Source: Veleropilina oligotropha (Eukaryota). Taken from it: a stretch of DNA of 64,000 nt. Every line of letters begins with the position of its first letter. The stretch's first letter is position 1. The DNA lies in assembly GCA_048128005.1 (NCBI GenBank), contig JBEUKZ010000085.1, forward strand, positions 62,001-126,000, given 5' to 3'. A model generated the notes under the pieces. It ran no database searches. It was not told the DNA's origin and saw only the letters and a list, made by a program, of their open reading frames with translations. The translations under genes were made by a program, and so were the position numbers. Shown here piece after piece: positions 24,254 to 35,864 of this stretch.

Positions 24254-26486
24254 GTACTTGACCCATCGGTAGTCATAAACTTTTGTCGTGGAAATCTTTC
24301 TCGATCGATAGATGCGTAGGGCTGTTGCGTGAGAAAATCCTTTCTTAGCAAGGGATCATTTGATAACCGCCAGGCGTGTAAACGTAAGTCGTTTGGCGAT
24401 GGATGGAGTACACGGGTGCGCGGCTGCATTAACAGGTCCGGTCTCTGCGAGAGCGCTAACGGTCGATCGACGATCAGATCGAGGAGGGTCGGAAACCAAG
24501 GTTGCGTGCGATACAGGGGCGCGATTAGCGTTATCTCGCAACGTTCGTTCGATGCCTTCTGTAATACCAGTGTCAGAATGCACGACGGGGGGAAGGCATA
24601 CGCGGACAGATTCTCCCATGTCATTGACAGTGCGTCGACCGCTAGGGCGGCCGGGTCCGGGTACGGGGAGACATACAGAGGTAGTCGGTAATTGAATTCT
24701 GTTGCAAACAGATCAACTTGGGGTTGCGACCACCGGCGGCAAACGTCCCGAGCTACTCGGCTGTGTAGCGTCCACTCTGTGTGTATTATCTGTGATTTCC
24801 GAGAGAGCGAATCCGCTCTGACATTCAGCTTTCCCGGGATGTGTCGGGCTCGAATCGTCGAGTTGAGGGACATCACTAGGCGGTGTAGGTCTATTGCTCG
24901 GTCGCAAAGGGGACGCGAGCGAGTGCCGCCCTGGTGCTGGATGTAAGCGACGACAGTCGTGTTGTCCGTGGCGAGCATTATGTGCTTGTTGCGGAGATGT
25001 GACGAGAGGGACCGTACTGACAGGTAGACGGCTTCTAACTCTAGGAAGTTGATATGTCGTCCCTGAAGGTCCGTCGGCCATAGGCCCGATGTCTCGTAAC
25101 TGTCGAGGTGACCACCCCAGCCGTCGTTCGAAGCGTCTGTGAACAGGTAAGCGTTCGGCTCTGGCGGGGATATAGGAACCGACTGGTCCGGCAAAGTAGG
25201 GTTCAACCACACTGCTGTTGTGTTGGTAAACCAATGCCGTAGATCGATGCGATCCGTCCACTGCCCCGTCCGTTGTATCCAGCGATCCCTGAACGCCTGT
25301 TGTAACGGTCGTTTGTCCATGCGACCTGTCGGTAGCAGGGTCGCTACCGACTCGATGTGCCCCAGGACAGTGGCCAGTTGTCGCGCCGTAGTTATGTCCG
25401 ATGACAGGGTGTCTTGGATAACCGCGCGTAGGTTCCGCATACGCTTCTGGGTCGGCTTCGCGGTGTACCGGACCGTATCGAAGTCGACTCCGAGGAACGT
25501 AAACGTCGTCGAGGGCACGAAGCAGGATTTTGTCTCGTTGACCTGAAATCCCAGGCGCTTCGTCGATGACAGGGTAAAGCTCGTAGACCGGAGGCACAGA
25601 TCCCGGGACGCCCCGAGGATCAGCCAGTCGTCGAGGTACATATGTACCCTGTGCCCTAGAGAGTGTAGGAAGGCCCCTAGGGCCTGTACTGTTCTCGTGA
25701 AGACGTAAGGGGCTGACGATAGACCGAACGGTAGGCACCTGAATTGGTAGATCGTCTCCCCGTGTATAACCGAAGGTACTGATGAGCCGTGACATGCATC
25801 GGGACATGCAGATACGCGTCGGTCAGATCGATAGACGCTGCCCAGTCGCCCGGACGGATGGCCGCTCGAATCTTCGAGAGGGTTTCTTGCTGGAATTTCT
25901 CGGTACGAAGATATCGGTTGAGATACGAGAGATCGAGGATCGGTCGCCAGCGGCCATCGGGTTTCGGGACCAGGAAGAAATGGCTGTAAAATCCTGGTGT
26001 GCTGGGCGGCGCAGGATATATCGCTCTTTTTAGGAGCAAATCCCGCACTGCCTGGTCTAAGACCGCTTGTTTCTCTCCGTTTAGGAGGCGAGCGTGTCTT
26101 GATGGTGGTGCCTCGGTTAAGGTCGGATGCCGGTTGAATGCCAACTTGTATCCGGCACTCACGACTAAGTGGACCCAGTTGCTGTCTGTCAGCTCTAGCC
26201 ACGACTGGCTGTGCGCTGACAGGCACGCTCCCACCGGCGGAAGCGGGCAACTGAGACCGTCGCGAATGCCGGCAGCCCTAGGGCCGAGGCTTCCCTCTCC
26301 CGCTCTGCTTACGGGATTTCGCTGGAGGTGCTTGCCTCTTTGGAGTGGGTTTATTGGCCGGAGGCCTACCACCCGAAGAGGGCTTCGCACGCTTAGAAGG
26401 CTTCGGGGCCCGGGTGGGCCCTGAGAGCTTCCTTGAGTCGGCAGGTGGACCCCGAACGGGGTGCAGTACCACCTTCTCGATGGCAC
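24205..26486 (-). pseudogene. DIRS copy 1 pol (RT-RNaseH-Dam-like methyltransferase), frameshifted
   Basis: YLDD, TDAS, DLFA...AFPP motifs; split over ORFs 25677-26486 and 24205-26250. Confidence 0.88.
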
Positions 26487-28423
26487 GGTCCTTCATGTCC
26501 GCCGCTCTCTTGTCAACAAACTCCGAAAAGTTGTCACCAAAGAGAGTGGTGGCCGAGCAAGGCACGCATCGCAACGAGCGCCGGGTGGCCTCGTCTAGCG
26601 AGGTGCCTTCCAGGCAAGCATCCCTACGAAGTAGGAGTGCATTGCCCAGGACACGTCCCGTCTCCAACGCGCTGGTCTCCTGTGCGGCAGCAACCTCCTG
26701 GAGGAAGGACAGGGCAGCCTCGTGGGCGCCGGGTCCATCCTCCTGTAGTACGGCGATCGCGCCGTCCAAGAAAAAATCCTGAACAGACGATAGCCGTAGA
26801 GCCCGTCGGGCGGCGCTCTCGAAAGCTTCCAAGGCGGACCAAGGAACTTTCGCTACGGAGGGAGTGTGACTGGCGGTCAGTCGACGCAACGAAGCGTCTA
26901 CATGAGCCGGCTCAGTCGCCAGGCACGGATCAGTACAGGCGAACGGGATCGCTCGCGAACTGGCCCGGAGGTACCTCCCACTACGGAACCCCGAAGGGAA
27001 CTCGGTCAGCGGGGAGGACTCCACCGGATTGCGCCCCTGAATGAGCTTGGTTGTCGAGTCAACGACAAGATCAACCAGCCCAGACGGCGTCGAGCCTTCG
27101 GCGGGTGGAGGAGGTCGGCTCCTGCGTGCCTGAAAGACTAACGTCTTCGGGCCCGACCGATTCAGGGAGGTCGGAGTGAAGGGAACCGAGGTCCTCGTCG
27201 GAACGAGGGTCGATCTCCATCACGGAGGCAGGAGCCGTGCTCTGCGCCATGGGCAGATGTGTAGGTACCAGGCGCGGCTGGGGAGCCGTCGGCCAGGCCT
27301 TACACCGTTCCTCGATCCCCGCCGCGATCCATGCCTGGACGTTCTCCAAAGAGAAACCCTGAGGCAGGACGGGCGTCGAACTAACAGCCGGTAGTTCAGT
27401 CGAGGAAACCGTGGCGCTAGGTAGACGGGCTGCATAGACAGGTGGGGCCGAGGACCAGGGTCCTAGGGCACTTGTCGAGGGGTCGAACCCTAAGGGCTGG
27501 CCCGAAGGCGCAGTCAGTGGGCCGGACGACCGATAGAACTGCGGCAACAGTTCAGATCGGTCTACCACTCTGTTCGGGAGAGGCACGGTCGGAAAACCGC
27601 CGTAGAACCCCGTCCCGAACGCAGCCGGTCTGTCCACGTTCTCTAGCGTGACCATCGTGGGTGCACGGGAAAGAACGGGCCCTCTGAATGTCTCGTGAGC
27701 TTCGAGGTTGAGCGGAAAACCCTTAGGGGTAGTCGCGTCGGTCTCGATCGAGGATTCAGGTGTCGCCTATTGTCCGAGTCTTAGACCTTCGTAAAGGTGC
27801 CCGGCCTCTTTAAAGGCTTTCTCATTGGGTCGCTCCCTATCGTAAAATAGGGAGTTTCCCGCAGAAGGACTAACTGTCCCCTTATTCTTCGAGGCCGAAG
27901 AAAAGGACGGGGATTGTCTGCCCTGTTCAGCTGTTCGCTGCGCTGCCAGATATACCTTGCTAGCCGGCAAGGTATGGTTGGCTGCAGTTACTAGGCCCGT
28001 TTGAGGAGGAACGGTCGGCACTCGGGCCGTTACCTGAATCTGGGGTCCCGGCAAGGTTTCGGTGACTCCCCCAAGAGTCGCGGAGGTTTCGCCGGTGGAT
28101 CCGGCGACAGGCGGCCCCTTATGTCGGCTGTCGTCCAGCGTCCCTGAAGCAGACAAAGAAGAAACGTTATCCCTTACGGAACCCCTAAGGGAACTCGTTA
28201 ACTTACCAGTCTCTTCCTGACCCTTCTCCGGGGGAGGACCCACCGTGGCAGTCGCCCTGGTCGACTTACCCTGGTGGGATAGAACCGCCCACTGCTTGTC
28301 TGATAAAAGAAGGCACAAATCACATTGAATTTCAAGACTACAAGTACGGTGAATACGGCATTCCGTGTGCTTATCAAACCCGTGAATTTTCTGGTTACAC
28401 CCGGAGCTACTGCACCGGACCAT
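26278..28423 (-). pseudogene. DIRS copy 1 gag, disrupted
   Basis: Three ORF pieces collinear with the intact gag of copy 3. Confidence 0.85.
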
Positions 28424-31400
28424 AGCTAAATACACGGGAGGGTGGTAGTGGGTAGACGGGGTAGGTAAATAGGTATATATATGGTAGTTGTGACTTTTAC
28501 TACAACAACTCTCAAGAGTGCCCTGATCTGAAGATCAAAGATCAGGCGATATACCGCAAAAAAACCCGAACTGGGAACACCGAGGCCGGGTAATTACCCG
28601 ACACGACCCGGTAAAAAACCCGGCAAATTGACTAGAACAAACGGGGGGTTTTTCTTAGAAAAAACCGCCCCGAAAAACACCTGAAAACCTCGTGGATGTT
28701 TTTATGTTAGTACAATGGCGTATTATCCCAGAAACGGCAGGATATCAGAAAAACGCAAGCGTGATATCAAAACGATCCTGCCTATTAACGACGCTAGAAT
28801 TTTTATACAATAATAACCAGCAATAGCGTCGTTAAGGAATTATCCAATATAATGAGTTACCTGTTTGCAGTCTCAAACAATATCAGATAAAATACCGACC
28901 AGAATTTCTTCTATCACACGAAACTTCCCCTCTGAGCGGCCATGCTTTTCCCTGCAACAGCGGCGATGTCGGTTTCACTGATTTTCAGAACTTCTTCGAA
29001 GCTTTAAATCACAATCCTCCTTATTCACTTGTGTTTAGTATCCACAACACAGTGTAATTTCCCCAACTTATATTATCCTGTATATAAGTGATATAGCGTC
29101 CTCGATTTAAACATATAAATCGTAGACAAAATTCGAAAAATTTGCGGAGCAAAAACATGTCTTTCCGTCTCGGCGGAAAACTTTGAATTGAGGTCTTGTG
29201 ACTTCGATGGTTCGGAAGTCTCGCGAGACTTGGCGAGATCTCGCTGGGGGAACTTAGGAGAGGGGGAGCAGGGGAGGTGATCGTGGTACGTTTTGACTTA
29301 ATAAGTGCCTAAATGTGACTTTATTCACTGTTTCCGGTTGGCGATAATATGAGGTTTTAATTTAAACCTAATATTAGTTAAAACATACTTACGTCCTTAC
29401 TCTTGCCATAATAGTAATATTATCGCTAACCGGAAACAGTGAATAAGTCACATTATGCACTCTTTATAAGTCAAAACGTACCACGATCACCTCCCCTGCT
29501 CCCGCTCTCCTAAGTTCCCCCAGCGAGATCTCGCCAAGTCTCGCGAGACTTCCGAACCATCGAAGTCACAAGACCTCAATTCAAAGTTCAGAACCCCAAA
29601 GGAACTTAGTAGAGGGGAGGAATGCGAAGCAGGGTGGGTAATCGTGGTAAGGACGTAAGTATGTTTTAACTAATATTAGGTTTAAATTAAAACCTCATAT
29701 GTAGTTACAAACTTACTTACGTCCTTACTCTTGCCAGAATAACCTTGGATAGGTGGGTAAGAAGTTCCTTACAGCAAACCCAAACAAGATAATGACTTAC
29801 TTTTCACCATGTCAATCAGCTCGAAGCGTCGATTGTGTCCGCCCAGAGTGGAATTTACTGAGAATTATATTCAACTCTTACCAAGCGAGAATTTCGACCA
29901 GTGTTACCGGGAGAATACGCCGTGGTGTTAGTCGGACGAGGTGAACGGAAGTGCAATCAGCCCCAGGCACGGCCGGAAGGATGAATCCCTGTAGGTCTTA
30001 CGTGTCATGGGCCAGTGGCAGCCAAATGGTACTCCTGGCCAAAGGCCGGTAGCCAGAGGATGCAGTCGGATTTGTAAGCACACGGAACCTAATAGGTTGT
30101 GAAAGCGTGAAATCAAAAGCAAAGAATTAATAGATTATAATAAATAATCGATATTAATAATTGATTCGCATGACCAACTTGCGAAATGCTAACATGTACG
30201 ACATGTCACTTAAAATAAAATTTTAAGGAAGCAAATATGTACGACATGTTACTTAAAATAAATTTAAAGGAAGCAAATATTAAATTTTTTCAATGTCTTG
30301 AACATCGTATGGTCTATACAGCATAGAACATCAATAATATTGAACCTCAAATCTTATAAGTTTGTCGCAATATTTTTGTTTATTAAATTCAATGAAATCT
30401 GGCATTGTCAATATGCTCAGGTATGACATGAAAGTATCAAGATCTTAAAATGTTTTTAAGAAATGAACAGACATTGAATCGCCTCATAATGTGTCTATTT
30501 CATAGAACAACGAGGCCAACAAAAAACAAAGCGTCAGCATGAATTATGTAAATTGATCAATCAACAAAATAATACTCACTGATTAGACGACCTCGGTCTA
30601 ACAATACATCGTTGAGCAGTTACAAGGTAGACTGCACAAGCCATCAGCCGCATGGAACAATCCCCAGAAAAGGCTTAATAAAGACATTTTCGAGAGGCAA
30701 CGCTGAGAAGTGAATCTGCGAAAACACGGACCTCGTGTGCGCGGAACGATACAAAAGTGCGGGCGGCCTACTTTTCACAGCGAGAGAAGTCTCTCACTAC
30801 CTGTGAAAACCTCCGCGAACAGTCGTCCATGAAATGTCGCGGATACAAGAAGGTAAATACGAATAAAATATACGTAGTTTTCTCTGCCACGCAGCACGGA
30901 TCCTGTCGAGGTAGTAACGTAGGCACGCATATTACAGATTCATCGGTCCACATCGGGTCTCTGACCAGCGCTAGGGGATAACGATATCAGTTGCGTCGTC
31001 GATCGGCCGTTGATTCTTGGCGAGGTAACCCAAGATATGACGCCGCATCACCGACCCGTCGACTGGAAACGAACGTCTCGTAGCTCTGCCTAGACTATGA
31101 AATACGGAACAACACCTGCCCGACGCTAAGGCGATCAGAAAAACCTGTTTTGTGCGTTAAGTTCCTCATAGAGGACGGGCCCATAGGCTAGTCGGGTAGA
31201 AGAGAGCGTTAAGAAATGAGAGCGATGTTTCAGGCTGGCCGAAGCGAACGGGTCGAAATTTGAGTTCGAGGGATCGCAGAAATCCACATAGTTCGGTCGC
31301 TAGGTAGGCTACCACGGGCACGGCACTCGCGACCGTTGCCCGATAGCTTTGACGGCGGACACTGACATACCGCGTTCAAAGAGCGACGATAAAAACTCAA

Positions 31401-34400
31401 TAAACTTGTTCACAGGGGGCGGAGTATATTGACCTGCCGACTGTGACACCAATCCACGTACTTAACCCATCGGTAGTCATAAACTTTAGTCGTGGAAGCC
31501 TTCTCGATCGGGATGCGTAGGGCTGTTGTGCGAGAAATTCTTTTCTTAGCAAGGGATCGTTCGATAACCGCCAGGCGTGTAAACGTAAGTCGTTCGGCGA
31601 TGTTGTAATACACGGCTGCGCGTCTGCATTAACCGGCCCGGTCTCTGCGGGAGCGATAATGTTCGGTCGACGATCAGATCGAGGAGGGTCGGAAACCAAG
31701 GTTGCGTGCGATATAGGGGCGCGATTAGCGTTATCAGCAACGTTCGGTCGATGCCTTCTGTAATACCAGTGTTAGAATGCACGACGGGGGGAAGGCATAC
31801 GCGGACAGATTCTCCCATGTCATTGACAGTGCGGCGACCGCTAAGGCGGCCGGGTCCGAGTACGGGGAGACATACAGAGGTAGTCGGTAATTGAATTCTG
31901 TTGTAAACAGATCGACTTGGGGTTGCGACCACCGGGGGCAAACATCCCGAGCTACTCGGCTGTGTAGCGTCCACTCTGTGTGTATTATCTGTGATTTCCG
32001 AGAGAGCGAATCCGCTCTGACATTCAGCTTTCCCGGGATGTGTCGGGCTCGAATCGTCGAGTTGAGGGACATCACTAGGCGGTGGAGGTCTAATGCTCGG
32101 TCGCAAAGGGGACGCGAGCGAGTGCCGCCCTGGTGCTGGATGTAAGCGACGACAGTCGTGTTGTCCGTGGCGAGCATTATATGCTTGGTGCGGAGATGTG
32201 ACGAGAGGGACCGTACTGACAGGTAAACGGCTTCTAACTCTAGGAAGTTGATATGTCGTCCCTGAAGGTCCGTCGGCCCTGATGTCTCGTAACTGTCGAG
32301 GTGACCACCCCAGCCGTCGTTCGAAGCGTCTGTGAACAGGTAAGCGTTCGGCTCTGGCGGGGATATAGGAACCGACTGGTCCGGCAAAGCAGGGTTCAAC
32401 CACACTGCTGTTGTGCTGGTAAACCAATGCCGTAGATCGATGCGATCCGTCCACTGCCCCGTCCGTTGTATCCAGCGATCCCTGAACGCCTGCTGCAACG
32501 GTCGTTTGTCCATGCGACCCGTCGGTAGCAGGGTCGCTACCGACTCGATGTGCCCTAGGACAGTGGCCAGTTGTCGCGCTGTAGTTACGTCCGATGACAG
32601 GGTGTCTTGGATAACCGCGCGTAGGTTCCGCATACGCTACTGGGTCGGCATCGCGGTGTACCGGACCGTATCGAAGTCGACTCCGAGGAACGTAAACGTC
32701 GTCGAGGGCACGAAGCAGGATTTTGTCTCGTTGATCTGAAATCCCAGGCGCTTCGTCGATGACAGGGTAAAGCTCGTAGACCGGAGGCACAGATCCCGGG
32801 ACGCCCCGAGGATCAGCCAGTCGTCGAGGTACATATGTACCCTGTGCCCTAGAGAGTGTAGGAAGGCCCCTAGGGCCTGTACTGTTCTCGTGAAGACGTA
32901 AGGGGCAGACGATAGACCGAACGGTAGGCACCTGAATTGGTAGATCGTCTCCCCGTGTATAAACCGAAGGTACTGATGAGCCGTGACATGCATCGGGACA
33001 TGCAGATACGCGTCGGTCAGATCAATAGACACTGCCCAGTCGCCCGGACGGATGGCCGCTCGTATCTTCGAGAGGGTTTTCTGCTGGAATTTCTCGGTAC
33101 GAAGATATTAGGTTACGAGAGATCGAAGATCGGTCGTTAGCGGCCATCGGGATTCGGGACCAGGAAGAAATGGCTGTATTATCCTGGTGTGCTGGGCGGC
33201 GCGGGATATATCGCTCTTATTAGGAGCAAATCCCGCACTGCCTGGTCTAAGACCGCTTGCTTCTCTCCGTTTAGGAGGCGAGCGTGTCTTGGTGGTGGTG
33301 CCTCGTTTAGGGTCGGACGCCGGTTGAACCAACTTGTATCCGGCACTCACGATGGAGGGACCCAGCTACTGTCTGGTAGTCTAGCCACGGCTGGCTGTAC
33401 GCTAACAGATACGCTTCCACCGGCGGAAGCGGGCAGCTGGGACTGTCGTGTGTGCCGGCAGCCCTAGGGCCGAGGCTTCCCTCTCCCGCTCTGACAGGAG
33501 CTTGTTGGAGGTGCTCGCCTCCTCGGAGTGGGTTAATGGCCGGGGGCCTACCACCCGAAGAGGGCTTTGCACGCTTGGAAGGCTTCGGGGTCCGGGTGGG
33601 CCCTGAGCGCTTCCTCGAGTCGGCAGGTGGACCCCGGGTAGGGTGCAGTACCGCCTTCTCGATGGCACGGTCCTTCATGTCCGCCGCTCTCTTGTCGACG
33701 AACTCCGTAAAGTTGTCGCCAAAAAGAGTGGTGGCCGAGCAAGGCACGCATCGCAACGAGCGCCGGGTGGCCTCGTCTAGCGAGGTGCCTTCAAGGTAAG
33801 CGACCCTACGAAGTAGGAATGCGATACCCAGGACACGTCCCGTCTCCAACGCGTTGGTCTCCATAACGGCAGCAACCTCCTGGAGGAAGGACAGGGCAGC
33901 CCACGGGCGCCGGGTCCATCCTCCTGTAATACGGCTATCGCCCCGTCTAGGAAAAAATCCTGAACGGACGACAGCCGCAGAGCCCATCGGGCGGAGCTCT
34001 CGAAAGCTTCCAAGGCGAACCCAGGAACTCTCGCTACAGAGGGAGTGTGACTGGCGGTCAGTCAACGCAACGCTGCGTCAACACGAGCCGGCTCAGTCGC
34101 CAGGCACGGACCAGTACATGCGAACGGGATCGAACGCGAACTGGCCCGGAGGTACCTCCCACTACGGAACCCCGAAGGGTACTCGGTCAGTGGGGAGGAC
34201 TCCACCGGATTGCGCCCCCGACTGAGCTTGGTTGTCGAGTCAACACCCGATCAACCAGCCCAGACTGAGGTAAGGAAGGAAGCTTTCCTTCTCAACAAAC
34301 CGATGCGCCGCCGTCCTGTGCTTGACCGGGCCTACATACGACCGAGTCGGTTCCGGCAGGTCAAGCACCCCGCGAAGTGACGCAACAGCGTCGAGTTCGG

Positions 34401-35591
34401 CGGGTGGTGGAGGTCGGCTCCTGCGTGCCTGGAAGACTACCAGCGTCTTCGGGCCCGACCGATACAGGGAGGTCGGAGTGAGTGGAGTCGAGGTCCTCGT
34501 CGGAACGAGGTTCGATCCCCACCACGGAGGCAGGAGCCGTGCTCTGCGCCACAGGCAGAGGTGTAGGTACCTGGAGCGGCTAGGAAGCCGGTTGCCAGGC
34601 CCGACATCGGGACTCGAACTCCGCCGCGAACATAGCCTGGACGTTCTCTAAAGAGAAACCCGGAGGCATGACGGGCGTCGAACTAACAGCCGGTAGTTCG
34701 GTCGAATACACCGTGGCGCTAGGTAGACGGGCTGCATGGACAGGTGTAGCCGAGAACCCTTGTTTTAGGGTCTCGGGACACGTGTCGAGTGGTCGAACCC
34801 GAAAGAACGGCCCGAAGGCAGGTTCGGTGGGCCGGACGATCGGTAGGACTGCGGCAACAGTCCGTATCGGTCTACCACTCTGTTCGAGAGAGGCACGGTC
34901 GGAAAACCGCCGTAGAACCCCGTCCCGAACGCAGCCGGTCTGTCCACGTTCTCTAGCGTGACCATCGTGGGTGCACGGGAGAGAACGGGCCCTCTGAAAA
35001 GCTCGTGAGCATCGAGGTTGAGCGGAAAACCCTTAGGGGTAGTCGCGTCGGTCTCGAACGAGGATTCAGGTGTCGCCGATTGTCCGAGTCTTAGACCTAC
35101 AAGTAGGTGCCCGGCCTCTTTAAAGGCTTTCTCTGCATTGAGTCTGTCACCGTAGGAAGACGGTGAGTTTCCCGCAGAAGGACTAACTGTCCCCTTATTC
35201 TTCGAGGCCGAAGAAAAGGATGGGGATTGTCTGCCCTGTTCAGCGGTTCGCTGCGTTGCCAGATATACCTTGCTAGCCGGCAAGGTATGGTTGGCTGCAG
35301 TTACTAGGCCCGTTTTAGGAGGATCGAACAGCACTCGGGCTCCTACCTGAATCTAGGGACCCGGCAAGGTTACGGCGACTCCCTATGAGTCGCGGAGGTG
35401 ACGCCGGTAGAATCGGCGACAGACGGCCCCTTTTAAGGTCGGCTGTCGTCCAGCGACCCCTGAAGTAGACAAAAAAACGTTAATTCCCGTTAACCTACCA
35501 TTTTGTCCAATCTCGGGGGAGAACCCACCGTGGTCCGCACCTCGGTGGATATACGCTCGCCCACTGCCTGCTGTTAAATCTAGGCACAGTT

Positions 35592-35634
<43 letters not shown>

Positions 35635-35819
35635 GGTGAACACGGCATTCCGTGCGCCTAGAAATCCGTGAAACTACGGGTTACACCCGGAGTTGCACCG
35701 GACCATACATCCCTCTCCCTGAATACACGGGAGGGTAGTAGTGGGCGGAACGGGGTAGTGAAAAGTATATATTTGGTGATAAAAATGTTTTACTCACTTT
35801 GGAACAGAAGTTTGAAACG

Positions 35820-35864
35820 ATTACGACGTTTCGACCGCTCAGCTAGCAGTCTTGGTCACGTAAT
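35820..35864 (-). ncRNA. Minimal type I hammerhead ribozyme (G3-C8 variant)
   Basis: AUUAC-GUGACCA-A-GACUGCU(AGCUG)AGCGGUC-GAAACGUC-GUAAU in the pLTR. Confidence 0.75.

Noticed and set aside
23294..26250. Phage or bacterial origin or contamination, given integrase and Dam-like domains
   Set aside because: These domains, the ITRs and the ICR are standard DIRS architecture, embedded in a spliceosomal intron.
24329..27651. Numerous plus-strand ORFs opposite the DIRS genes (also in copies 2 and 3 and in Penelope)
   Set aside because: Shadow ORFs of GC-rich coding sequence with no recognisable motifs.
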